Position numbers and translations under genes: made by a program. A DNA stretch of 64,000 nucleotides from the NCBI GenBank assembly GCA_965198235.1, contig OZ240248.1:3168001-3232000 (forward strand), written 5' to 3'. The notes under the pieces were generated by a model. That model saw only the letters and a list, made by a program, of their open reading frames with translations. It did no database searches and was not told the DNA's origin. Positions 10,901 to 19,522 of this stretch are shown here, in pieces. The stretch comes from Candidatus Poribacteria bacterium. GTDB taxonomy: Bacteria; Poribacteria; WGA-4E; WGA-3G. Each line of letters opens with the position of its first letter. The stretch's first letter is position 1.

Positions 10901-13127
10901 GCTGCCAATTGTGGTAGGCGTAATTGAGGAATTCACGGATGGCTTTAGGATTGAGGATACCGTGGTTAAATTCATCGTAGATGTTTTGGACATCGACGAC
11001 TTTAGTGCGTAGTCCTTGTTGCGTGCGATGGTCGGCAAGGGGCTGAACGTCCTGAATAAAGTGATTATGTGTAATGATAATGTAGTCTGCTGCGTTGTGA
11101 GAGCTGCGCAGATCGGATGGAGCGTCTACCGAAATTTTCGGTTTTCGGAATTGGTTACGGGTAAGGGCAATGTATTGGATTGTAGGATCGCCCGTATCCT
11201 TAGGACGGATTTGGGTTGAACGGAAGGGAATTCTATAAGTACCAGGCACTTTAGGGTCAGTGAGCGCGGATAAGCCTACGTAGCGAGTGCCATCGATGCC
11301 GTAAATTTCGATGTCTGGTGTGGTAAAGTTTTTTAATTCGACTTTGAAGTTTGAGTTCACAGCACCTGTTTCGTCACGGAACGGAGTAATTGCAAAGGGT
11401 AGCACATCCGCTTTTGCTTTAAAATCTCGCCAGTAGTCGATTTGGAGCCAATTGAACAGGATGATATCGATAGGAGCTTCAGGGTTACCGGGATTTGTAA
11501 TCCGAATCGTGTTCTGTCCATTATTAAGAAAGGACTGCGGGATATCCTGATTATGAATTTGGTATTCGGTTTCGCCATTCCAGCGTGCTTCTCCAAATTC
11601 GATTTTATCGTTTAGCCAAATAGTGCATAGGTGCGGTGTATTGGATCTACCGTGGAGGCTGACTCGGACCCTTGTAGGTAGAGCAGTCTCGGAAACGCTG
11701 GGCAGATTGAAGTTAAATGTTTTTAATGCGGGAGCAGTCAGTTGTGCCCAGAACCAGCTGTCGTCTGGGAGGGGTGGCAGCTCCGTCAAACGGAACTGAC
11801 GCTGTAGTAACCCTTGACTAAATTCTGTATATGTCTGGCGTTCTGTAAGGTTTACATGACGGAAGTGCCTGAACTTTAGGTCTTTCTCGATATGTGCGCG
11901 CGTGAGGAAACGCTGGTAAGATTGCGTGTTACTTGTATTTGGGAGTGGCGTTTTCGTTCCCATCCGGATCCCTGGTCCCGCACCCCAGGAGAGCCAATAG
12001 ATGTTCTCATTGGAGTAAGGGTCGATGTAACTGGTCTCTCCGTGCTGGCGTTCGCCATAGAAAATAATTTCGTCTGTTGGGTTGAATCTTTGGGCGTCTT
12101 CGCCACGGACAAAAATTGGTATCTGCTTCCCTTTATTTGTTAGCGTTAAAGTCGCTGGAGCAATAGTCTCTAAATTGGCACCCGCAGCTGCGAGATCCTG
12201 CGCCGTAACGCTGTACATACCGGATTCGGTGACATTGATTTTATAACGCGGTCCTGTGAATGGAACGCTTGGTGCTGCAGGGGAACGCGCTTTTACAGAT
12301 GAAATGGGGGAAGAACGCCATTTAGTGGCACTCTGTGGGTTAACAAGCATATCGGCGAAGATTGCGTCATAAGCAGCAGATTCAGTATGTAAACCGCTTG
12401 GTATAGTAGATAACACAGTAGGCTGTGCAGACATCCCAGTTCTGCTAAAGCGTACCTCTACCACGAGTCGGTGGTAGAGTCTCACTTCACGGCGGGCAGG
12501 ATTGTACTGGACAGGATTCAGTTGGATCGGGAGGACGCGGTTCTCTCGGATCCAACCGGCTTTTCTGATTTCTACGAGACGCTCTGGGAAAAAACTATCT
12601 CTTTGCTTGCTTGAAGTGGACGCAATTGCTTCTATCTTACGCGTGCTAAAATCCCTATCGATCACCCGCAATTGGAAATCTACATCGGGTGGGACACTAA
12701 TGAGCGTAGATTGCATCGGAAGGCGCAGTGTTCCGAATTCGGTGGTGAAGTTACATCCGGGGAAAGATATGGTTGGACCTGCGGTGTTAGAGACCTGCAA
12801 GTTAGTGCCTAATTGCTCGGCTGATCCTATTCCGACACCACTATTATCGAAAAGGAAATCGGATTTAGGGATGACGAGTTGGATGGTTACGCCTTGCGAG
12901 GTACTACTGACTAATTCAATCTCTCTTTGGGTTTTTGCGCTGTTATTTGTTGAAGCACGAGCGCGTTGGTTTCTTAGGGTAATCGGTGCTGCAGCCGCGA
13001 TTCCAAAAGAGCGATCCGAGTTCGGGATAGGCAGCGGAGATGTTTTCAAGCAGAGGAAAAGAGCTATTAATAGTAGTGATAACCGTTTATAGGCAGGCGC
13101 GTGCAGTGCTATGGGACGAATTTGCAT
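7971..13127 (-). CDS. C25 (gingipain/PorU-like) cysteine peptidase with propeptide, CARDB-like and FlgD/T9SS-like C-terminal domains
   Basis: Signal peptide; ADYIIIT, IYDEF, YVFLIGD, IGRMP, catalytic YIGHG and MTCYTG, LFGDP; C-terminal NFPNPF...LANGVYLYK. Confidence 0.85.
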   Translation of the reverse strand: MQIRPIALHAPAYKRLSLLLIALFLCLKTSPLPIPNSDRSFGIAAAAPITLRNQRARASTNNSAKTQREIELVSSTSQGVTIQLVIPKSDFLFDNSGVGIGSAEQLGTNLQVSNTAGPTISFPGCNFTTEFGTLRLPMQSTLISVPPDVDFQLRVIDRDFSTRKIEAIASTSSKQRDSFFPERLVEIRKAGWIRENRVLPIQLNPVQYNPARREVRLYHRLVVEVRFSRTGMSAQPTVLSTIPSGLHTESAAYDAIFADMLVNPQSATKWRSSPISSVKARSPAAPSVPFTGPRYKINVTESGMYSVTAQDLAAAGANLETIAPATLTLTNKGKQIPIFVRGEDAQRFNPTDEIIFYGERQHGETSYIDPYSNENIYWLSWGAGPGIRMGTKTPLPNTSNTQSYQRFLTRAHIEKDLKFRHFRHVNLTERQTYTEFSQGLLQRQFRLTELPPLPDDSWFWAQLTAPALKTFNFNLPSVSETALPTRVRVSLHGRSNTPHLCTIWLNDKIEFGEARWNGETEYQIHNQDIPQSFLNNGQNTIRITNPGNPEAPIDIILFNWLQIDYWRDFKAKADVLPFAITPFRDETGAVNSNFKVELKNFTTPDIEIYGIDGTRYVGLSALTDPKVPGTYRIPFRSTQIRPKDTGDPTIQYIALTRNQFRKPKISVDAPSDLRSSHNAADYIIITHNHFIQDVQPLADHRTQQGLRTKVVDVQNIYDEFNHGILNPKAIREFLNYAYHNWQPPAPTYVFLIGDTNIDIKNKPNFVPTIQVQIPGYGSGASDHQFVTFRGEDSFPDMLIGRMPANNRVDLRIFIERTINYETSAPVGSWHKRFLMLAGSDLRFHWQTTQLISHNQLIGRYETQRIYAPHTDEPTLSDDNILTPIGRRVIDGFNDGASIVNYIGHGGGGRWASSRMLDFADPEQNLTNISQLPLVISMTCYTGSFDGNKNSLAEELLRSENGGAVAVIGATSIGLLDGDYYLNAEIFDVIFNKEMYNFGAILAQAKTQFLINTPRFLDLAEVFTLFGDPATNLKIPSNKIQVTADISAEQGRNASQGDTLLSVSGTLPDRNFSGDAEITVVPTTETAISKNIKLKPEIVSIVNGQVSTEIRVSADPDFDVGAVQIYAWNADEEALGHATYNILSRYVNNVRLVPFPVAPNQPAHLYVEVADENAIDEMTLFWSLDGHEFFTIPVVPHTGTTYRSERPIPGYPYGEIIDYYAEIKVKSGRTFHTELVTYDVGYDEIDIDLVVLDQTLTWDTTPPFTLSAQVRNRENQTARNVPVQFFVKALSGNTDTPTNTNVSVAAILQELQNATPIGDLQILPEVLPGSQVVVHVPWQPPPGEYLVTVYVDPPSAEHPQGSIIEERERNNWTSRRFSGNRIILTPETLDQPIQSPDGIFRIAVPSGSVQTSTVLTYAEEALTITNQPDITAALSTSALAYQFDLEESGLQTPPTLTVTATFQKERNGDAHIYRRDNDNGNWIRVGEATTSGDLISAEVKLPGTFALLSHSDTSPPALALTFDHQGFVDGDYVSDTPTISAQIEDANGIDSRPENIILTKNGENVSQDEYVIAASPTNNNLLLITYTPVLEPGEYRIRLQAQDANGNISDTDRTATVAGEFEIKNIANFPNPFVPGSGTHFAYYLTESADEVSLKIYTITGRRIIAIDTLDASVSFNEFYYDGYDGDGEPLANGVYLYKFTARKGDVRKQKVGKIAVRK

Positions 13128-13202
13128 TTTTTTAATTATTGGGTTTCTGCTCCGATTGGTCTTACAGCCCAATCGGGTTTTCGATGCATTTTTGAGGCAT
13201 CG
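13128..13202 (-). promoter_or_regulatory. Two-hairpin start-codon-anchored leader element (C25 copy)
   Basis: P1 GATGC/GCATC, GAAAAC, P2 CCGATTGG/CCAATCGG, 24 nt tail, ATG. Confidence 0.7.
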
Positions 13203-13446
13203 GTGGTGATTAAAGGGTTTAAAGGCTTACCGTCAATAATATATGTGCCTTAAGGCTAATGTGTGTATTTTATGGTTTTAGTTCCGATTATAGTCTTTGT
13301 TGTGGGTCGTCTCATTTTTCTTTAAGTAATGTGAGGGGTATAGAGAACCGAGAGGTAAATGCTCCTGACTTTAGACATATAGGATTGCTTGTTCGGCGCG
13401 CCTGCCGAGCGAGGTATTTCTGCGGATTTCTCCGGGGGTCTCGCTG

Positions 13447-13473
13447 GTAGGGGTTGGTTAACCCAACCCCTAC
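13447..13473. repeat. GTAG-type REP-like palindrome
   Basis: GTAGGGGTTGG-TTAAC-CCAACCCCTAC. Confidence 0.75.
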
Positions 13474-13500
13474 TGGTAGGTGTGCGATTGGAGGTCGCAC

Positions 13501-14094
13501 TTACTTGTTTTCAGCGAGATGATAGATCTCAATTTCTCGAATTTGGGCGATCGCGGGTTGCATGACGCGATAGTGTGGATAGTATTGACCCACAAGGGTC
13601 GTCCGACGATCGACGATTTTGTCTCCCGGTTCTGCCACTATTTTATTCACAATGACATCATCAACGGTTCGGGTAACGGCGACGCGAATCATTTTCGTCC
13701 GGAAGTTCAATCTATCAAAGATGAACTCGGCTTGCGCGCGGTCGTCGCCAATATTGCGCCGCTGAATGATTGTATCAAAAGTCTCCCATTCACCGGTTTC
13801 AGGGTTCAGATAGTCCATCTTGAACCGGAATAGGTTGCTGTTGTGAATAATGATTTTTCGGACGGGATGGACCTCAGCGAATCTGATGATGAAATTCCGT
13901 TCATTGCGCGCTGGGAGTGTTGCCAACGTTTTCAGATTTCCATCGTTCATGCCGGGGTGATTCGCTTCGGTGCCGTAGGCGGCACTCGCTATATTTTCAC
14001 TGTACTGTGTGGATAACACCTGTGCAACTCTACACGCATTGAGGTATAAGCCCATGGCTATGAGGCAGCAGATAGTTAAAGTCATGCGTTTCAC
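13501..14094 (-). CDS. Hypothetical lipoprotein, discoidin/galactose-binding-like
   Basis: Lipobox LNAC; MNDGN and IREIEIY motifs; 4-bp overlap with eutN. Confidence 0.6.
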   Translation of the reverse strand: MKRMTLTICCLIAMGLYLNACRVAQVLSTQYSENIASAAYGTEANHPGMNDGNLKTLATLPARNERNFIIRFAEVHPVRKIIIHNSNLFRFKMDYLNPETGEWETFDTIIQRRNIGDDRAQAEFIFDRLNFRTKMIRVAVTRTVDDVIVNKIVAEPGDKIVDRRTTLVGQYYPHYRVMQPAIAQIREIEIYHLAENK

Positions 14095-14378
14095 GTTAGT
14101 TCCTCCTGAAGTGTTATATCGACCCGATCAACAATCCCCATGACGAGTTCTCGGATAGGTGCATCTTCAATGCCGAATACCTCTTGTGCAACACCCGGAC
14201 CTGCACCGACTATCACTGTGTCTCCTTCGCCGGCACCGACATAGTCGACAGCAATCGTTGGGGTGCGAACGAGTTCAGATTTGACGCTCAACGGTTGGAT
14301 GAGCAGCAGTGTGCGGTTTTCGTATGCAGAATGTTTAACGATAGAAACGACTTTTCCGATTACTTTGGCGATGTACAT
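14091..14378 (-). CDS. EutN/CcmL bacterial microcompartment vertex protein
   Basis: MYIAKVIGKVVS..KH...AVDYVGAGEGD...IVD. Confidence 0.9.
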   Translation of the reverse strand: MYIAKVIGKVVSIVKHSAYENRTLLLIQPLSVKSELVRTPTIAVDYVGAGEGDTVIVGAGPGVAQEVFGIEDAPIRELVMGIVDRVDITLQEELT

Positions 14379-14445
14379 TTTTTAACTATGAGCCTCTGGA
14401 CATTGTTCCACTACGTTCCACAATGGTTTCTGGTTAATTCCAACG
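14379..14445 (-). promoter_or_regulatory. Two-hairpin leader element (eutN copy)
   Basis: AGAAAC, P2 CATTGT/ACAATG, 22 nt tail TCCAGAGGCTCATAGTTAAAAA, ATG. Confidence 0.7.
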
Positions 14446-14458
14446 CGACTGCTGATGG

Positions 14459-14761
14459 CTATTCTTCTGACTGCTGACCGCCATTCTTTGTGTCAACCAG
14501 CGAAATAGAATCGACGATGCCAACGATGGCAACATCGACCGGCATCCGCTTACCCGGGATGACACTGACTGCATCGCCACCGGTAACGAAATAGACGGTT
14601 TCACCAACGCCTGCGTCGTGTAGCGTATCCACAGCGACGAGTGGTTCAGAAATGGGGTTGCGTTTCTCGTCTAAGGGTTGCACGATGAGGAGACGTGAGC
14701 CTTCTAAGCTCGGGTCTTTTCGTGTTGCGACGACGGTTCCAATAACTTTTCCTAAATCCAT
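14459..14761 (-). CDS. EutN/CcmL bacterial microcompartment vertex protein
   Basis: GKVIGTVVATRKDPSLEG...AVD...AGVGE...DVAIVGIVD. Confidence 0.92.
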   Translation of the reverse strand: MDLGKVIGTVVATRKDPSLEGSRLLIVQPLDEKRNPISEPLVAVDTLHDAGVGETVYFVTGGDAVSVIPGKRMPVDVAIVGIVDSISLVDTKNGGQQSEE

Positions 14762-14815
14762 TTTTTTAAACGATAGCCTCTTGCTCTCAGCTTAGGTGTT
14801 AATAGTTTAAAATCA

Positions 14816-16237
14816 TCATGAAACGAGATTGTACTCAACAAGTTTTGTATGGAGCGTATTCCGGTTAATGCCGAGGATATCTGACGCTTTACTCCGATTT
14901 CCTTTGGTGTGCTCAAGCACGATTTTAAAGAGCGGCTTCTCAAAGATCGCTCGGATTTCAGCATAAAGCTCATCTGGCGATGTTTCGGACTCCATATAGT
15001 GTTGAACGTACGTTTGAAGCAGATTATAAATTTGTACGTCAAGATTTCCCGGCTCACTGGCAGGGGTCGATTTTTCGAGTATCGGATCGAAATGCTCGGG
15101 CAATAACATTTGTCCTGAGCACATCACGAGTGCTCGCTTGATTGCGTTCTCTAATTCGCGCACGTTCCCGGGCCACTCATGAGTCGTGAGAAGTTTAGCA
15201 ACTTCCGCGGAGATGCCGATTTCGGAAAGTTGGTATTCTTCGATGAACCGACGCGCGAACAAATCTATGAGTTCTGATATGTCCTCTTTTCGTTCTCGGA
15301 GAGGTGGCAAGGAGATGGGAATGACGTTGAGACGATAGTAGAGGTCCTCCCTGAAGGCTTTCTGCTCAATCGCGGTTTCAAGCCGTCGGTTGGTTGCAGC
15401 GATGATTCTGACATCGACAGCGTGGATCTCGGTTCCGCCCATCGGTTCGACCTCTCGTTCTTGGAGGACGCGCAACAATTTCATCTGAACTTCAATCGGC
15501 AGTTCTCCGATTTCATCGAGGAAGATGGTCCCGCTGTCTGCTTGTTGGAATTTTCCCTTCCTTGCGGTGTGCGCATCGGTATACGCACCTTTGACGTGTC
15601 CAAAGAGCGCACTTTCGATAAGACTCGAAGGCATGGCACCGCAATCGACGACGACGAACGGATTGTCGGCTCGGTCGCTGTTTTGATGGATGAGTTGGGC
15701 GACAAGTTCTTTACCTGTGCCGCTTTCACCGAAAACGAGGACGGTTTCGTCACTGACAGCGGCGCGTCCAATCTTATGGTAGACCTCCTGCATTGCCGGA
15801 CTCTGCCCGACCATTCTCCCCTGTCCCTCAACATCAATGGAGGTTGTGGATGTCTTGACGTTTTTCGTTTGGTTGCTGGCATCTGCAGCGCGCGAGACGA
15901 GGTCGAGCAAGTGCCGCTGATCGATCGGTTTTGTGAGGTATCCGTAGGCGCGTTGCTTTGCTGCGTCAATGGCAGTCTGTGTGGTTCCGTGTGCCGTGAT
16001 TATAATAATCGAGGCGGTGTTATTGTAACCCTGAATGTCCTCGATGAGTTCAATTCCGTTGGCATCCCCTAACCAAATGTCGAGCAGAATGACATCAACG
16101 TTCGTTTTCTTGATACAGGCAAGCGTCTCCGCTCCATTTCGGGCTTTTAGCGTCTCATAGCCTGCCCTCTGGAGAGTAGCGGCGAGTATTTGTCGGAGGC
16201 TGTCGTCATCGTCAGCGATAAGCACAAAATTTGACAT
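14816..16237 (-). CDS. Sigma-54-dependent response regulator (NtrC family)
   Basis: Receiver domain; GESGTGKE; GAYTDA (GAFTGA variant); WPGNVRELEN; C-terminal Fis HTH. Confidence 0.93.
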   Translation of the reverse strand: MSNFVLIADDDDSLRQILAATLQRAGYETLKARNGAETLACIKKTNVDVILLDIWLGDANGIELIEDIQGYNNTASIIIITAHGTTQTAIDAAKQRAYGYLTKPIDQRHLLDLVSRAADASNQTKNVKTSTTSIDVEGQGRMVGQSPAMQEVYHKIGRAAVSDETVLVFGESGTGKELVAQLIHQNSDRADNPFVVVDCGAMPSSLIESALFGHVKGAYTDAHTARKGKFQQADSGTIFLDEIGELPIEVQMKLLRVLQEREVEPMGGTEIHAVDVRIIAATNRRLETAIEQKAFREDLYYRLNVIPISLPPLRERKEDISELIDLFARRFIEEYQLSEIGISAEVAKLLTTHEWPGNVRELENAIKRALVMCSGQMLLPEHFDPILEKSTPASEPGNLDVQIYNLLQTYVQHYMESETSPDELYAEIRAIFEKPLFKIVLEHTKGNRSKASDILGINRNTLHTKLVEYNLVS

Positions 16238-16420
16238 TTTTTTAATTATTAAATCTGGTCACCGTTCCAAATGTAAAGCAAAGACAAATTATGCCATTTA
16301 AGGAAACCTAATTTCATTTCACGGTGGTGTCTGGTGAAGTCAGAAACCTTTCAGCACCTGGAGCTGGTTGGAATTCACCGATTCCCATAGTTAGCAAATC
16401 ATTTCATAGGGGTTTCTGGT
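16238..16420 (-). promoter_or_regulatory. Two-hairpin leader element plus upstream partial unit (regulator copy)
   Basis: P1 GGTGAA/TTCACC, AGACAC, P2 CACCGT/ACGGTG, 22 nt tail, ATG. Confidence 0.7.
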
Positions 16421-16442
16421 AGTCGGTGCTATGGATATATCT

Positions 16443-18014
16443 TCAATGGACAGGAAGGGACATAACAAACGCTGTACCGACTTCGAGGTTCGCATCGACT
16501 TCAATGCCGCCTCGGTGTTCGGCGAGAATTTTTTGGCTGATGTAAAGTCCCAACCCGGTTCCTTTCTGTTTAGTGGTATAAAACGGATCGAACAGCATCG
16601 GTATATCTTCAGGTGAAATCCCGGGTCCGTCATCTTGAACTCGTACATGCACAATTTCCGTTTCTGGAACGTATTCTGTCTGAATTGTCAAAATTCCGTC
16701 TGTGTCCATTGCTTCTATGGCGTTGTAAAATAGATTCAGAAGCACTTGTGTGATTCCGTCCTCATTTACATTGACCTCTGGACAGTCGCCGTATTGCGTG
16801 ATGACTGTGGTAGCGCGAAGCTCCAACTCTGGTCGGCAGATAGCCAGGCTATTATCAAGAAGTTGATGGATATCGCTCTGTTTTGCGACTTCCATTGTGG
16901 GTTTACTGAAGGCGAGTAATTGTTCAATGAATCGGTTCAGCCTGTCCACCTCTTTTATAATGATCCCTGTGTATTCCTTAATCTCATTTTGAGAGAGTTG
17001 GCCGTTTTTGAAATAAGTTTCGACTTGTGAACCGAACTCTACATCGCTGTGTTGGAGCAGTTGTGTGCCGAGTCGGATGCTACCTAAAGGATTTCGGACC
17101 TCGTGTGCTATAGTTCGGACCAACCGACCAAGGGTCGCCATCCGTTCAGATTCAACGAGGGCGTCGATGGTCTGTTGGATTTTGACGCGCTGTGCAATAA
17201 TAGAGGCGATAATTGTCAAGAGCCGCCGATCATCCTCTGCGGAAAATTCATCTGAGGCTTTGTCTATCGTTAGTGTACCGATGACGTTTTCTTCTACAAT
17301 AATTGGGATGCACCAAAAGGCGATCACATCTTTGGATTCAACCCGTTCCGGCTCGAAGAGTTTGACGTAGCTGCGTGGGCTTCGGGTTTGTGGGACACCC
17401 ATCGCTTTCCCGGATGCAAGTACCTGTTTCTGGATGTCTTCCATCTGATTGTCAGTACCACGTTTCATCTCTGCTGGTGTCAGTCCTAAAACGGCTTCTG
17501 TGGAAGTAACGATCTTCCCGTTTTCATAGAGATGCAGAGCCCCGCGATAGATACCGAGTCGCTTGGATAAAATTTCAATGATACGCTGAAAGAGTCCCTC
17601 CAGATCGAGGTTGGTGTTCGCTGATTGGCTCACCTCAAAAAGCGTGGAGATGTCTCGGACCTGTTTTTCTAAATTTGCGTTGACACTGTTGATCTCTTCT
17701 ATCTGTTCGACCCCACTGCGTCTCTGGATTTGGAAGTGACGGATAATGCGGATAACGCCATAGACCACAAACGGATAGAGCAATGCTATGATAATACTTT
17801 CAGTATGATTCGGATAGCGGAAGACGTAAATCCAATTGGCTACAGCAGTAATGCCAAACAAAACGTTCTGCCCGCGAGGTTTCGCGTAGAGAACTGAGAG
17901 AACGATCACCCCGTAGTAGCAGTGACTCACCGCGGGATAGTATTCCGATATCTGAAACAGATGCGTACTGACGTTAATGAGAAGCACAAAGAGTGCGAGA
18001 AAGAACGTTAGCAT
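16443..18014 (-). CDS. Membrane GAF-domain sensor histidine kinase
   Basis: N-terminal TM helices; GAF; AHEVRNPL H-box; NAIEA, DDGPG and GTGLGL boxes. Confidence 0.92.
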   Translation of the reverse strand: MLTFFLALFVLLINVSTHLFQISEYYPAVSHCYYGVIVLSVLYAKPRGQNVLFGITAVANWIYVFRYPNHTESIIIALLYPFVVYGVIRIIRHFQIQRRSGVEQIEEINSVNANLEKQVRDISTLFEVSQSANTNLDLEGLFQRIIEILSKRLGIYRGALHLYENGKIVTSTEAVLGLTPAEMKRGTDNQMEDIQKQVLASGKAMGVPQTRSPRSYVKLFEPERVESKDVIAFWCIPIIVEENVIGTLTIDKASDEFSAEDDRRLLTIIASIIAQRVKIQQTIDALVESERMATLGRLVRTIAHEVRNPLGSIRLGTQLLQHSDVEFGSQVETYFKNGQLSQNEIKEYTGIIIKEVDRLNRFIEQLLAFSKPTMEVAKQSDIHQLLDNSLAICRPELELRATTVITQYGDCPEVNVNEDGITQVLLNLFYNAIEAMDTDGILTIQTEYVPETEIVHVRVQDDGPGISPEDIPMLFDPFYTTKQKGTGLGLYISQKILAEHRGGIEVDANLEVGTAFVMSLPVH

Positions 18015-18112
18015 TCTTTTAATTATTGAGTTTTCGTTCCGTTTTGTCCCCCCTTCCCAGTAACGGGTGAGGACCCCTGTCCAAAACGGGTTTTCGATAA
18101 ATTTATGCTATC
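18015..18112 (-). promoter_or_regulatory. Two-hairpin leader element (kinase copy)
   Basis: P1 GATA/TATC, GAAAAC, P2 CCGTTTTG/CAAAACGG, 24 nt tail, ATG. Confidence 0.7.
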
Positions 18113-18140
18113 ATTGTAATGAATTAGCGGCTTTCTTTAG

Positions 18141-18761
18141 TTAAAGGGTCAAAAAGTTATTGAGCATCTTTAACCCGACGCGCCCACTTTTTTCAAGGTG
18201 GAACTGTGTTGCAATGAGATTATCGTGAGCAATCGCACTACAGAATTCAAGTCCATACTTCGTCCTTCCGATTATGATGTCCTCTGTCTCTGGCTCAGGA
18301 TAGTAGGAATTGACGAAATAGAAGTGTGCGGGGTTCGGAACACCTTCAAAGATTGCGTGCGGTTTTGTCTGATACACTTCGTTCCAACCGATTTGCGGGA
18401 CCTTTAGTGTCTCGGTTTGTGTTTCTGTATCAGTCGCTGGATATTTCTTTACACATCCCGGTAGCAGATTTAAGCATTCGGCATCCTCTTCCTCACTGTG
18501 TTCAAAGAGGATCTGGATACCGATACAGATACCGAGCATAGGTTTGCCGGTACGGAAGAAGTCTGCGAGGACCTGGTTCAATCCGCGTTTCTGCAACGTT
18601 TGCATCGTGGCTTTTGCGGCACCGACACCGGGAAAAATAATACGTTCAGCGTCGAGTATCGTTTCTGCGGTGGATGTAATCTCGTTTTTATAACCGAGGT
18701 GTGTCAAGGCTCTCGCAACACTCGTAAGGTTCCCCGCTTCGTAATCTATAATTGCAATCAT
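18141..18761 (-). CDS. hisH: Imidazole glycerol phosphate synthase glutaminase subunit
   Basis: MIAIIDY..GNL.SV, PGVG, GICIG, QFHLEKS. Confidence 0.93.
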   Translation of the reverse strand: MIAIIDYEAGNLTSVARALTHLGYKNEITSTAETILDAERIIFPGVGAAKATMQTLQKRGLNQVLADFFRTGKPMLGICIGIQILFEHSEEEDAECLNLLPGCVKKYPATDTETQTETLKVPQIGWNEVYQTKPHAIFEGVPNPAHFYFVNSYYPEPETEDIIIGRTKYGLEFCSAIAHDNLIATQFHLEKSGRVGLKMLNNFLTL

Positions 18762-18861
18762 ATTTTTAACTCTTAACTCTGGGCATCGTTCCATTACATT
18801 CCACGATGGTTCCTGGTGAAGTCAGAAACCTTTGAGCCCCTGGAGCAGTTTAACCCTCACC
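18762..18861 (-). promoter_or_regulatory. Two-hairpin leader element (hisH copy)
   Basis: P1 GGTGAG/TTCACC, AGGAAC, P2 CATCGT/ACGATG, 22 nt tail, ATG. Confidence 0.7.
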
Positions 18862-19042
18862 TCGCCTCCGTTATAAATGTTAAAGCACGAGTGTTTTTGC
18901 TTGGGGTTTTTGCTTGGGTGTTTCTGCGGATTTCTTCGATGGTTAACAGATTCCCAGAGTTAGAAAATTTCACGGTGGTTTCTGGTGTAGGAGTGAGGTC
19001 ACCTCGCCCTTACGACTGGATTATAAAAGATTTCTTAACGAT

Positions 19043-19522
19043 TCAGATTCCGGTTTTGTCAATCGCTTTATGAAGGTTAACTGTCTCAATTCCTGCGATA
19101 GCGGCTTCAGAGCCTTTGTTTCCTGCCTTGATGCCGGCGCGCTCAAGTGCTTGTTCTATGGTATCTGTGGTGATGACGCCGTAGATAACAGGGATGTTGG
19201 TGCTGGAGGATATGTTAGCGATTCCCTTCGCGCTTTCGGCGGCGACATAATCAAAATGGGGGGTCGCACCTCGGATAACAGCACCGAGGCAGAGGACAGC
19301 ATCATAGCGTTCGCTTTCTGCGAGACGTTTGGCAATTCCCGGAATTTCGAAGGCACCGGGGGTCCAGAAAACATCGACAGTGTCCAAGTCGACACCGTGC
19401 CGTTTCAGGGCATCCAGCGCACCCGCAAGGAGTTTTTCAGTAACGAAACTATTGAATCGACTGACGACAATACCGAATGTGAGACCTTCACCGAGGAGAT
19501 GTCCTTCATAAACGTTTGGCAT
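19043..19522 (-). CDS. ribH: 6,7-dimethyl-8-ribityllumazine synthase
   Basis: [29 protein letters not shown]. Confidence 0.96.
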   Translation of the reverse strand: MPNVYEGHLLGEGLTFGIVVSRFNSFVTEKLLAGALDALKRHGVDLDTVDVFWTPGAFEIPGIAKRLAESERYDAVLCLGAVIRGATPHFDYVAAESAKGIANISSSTNIPVIYGVITTDTIEQALERAGIKAGNKGSEAAIAGIETVNLHKAIDKTGI

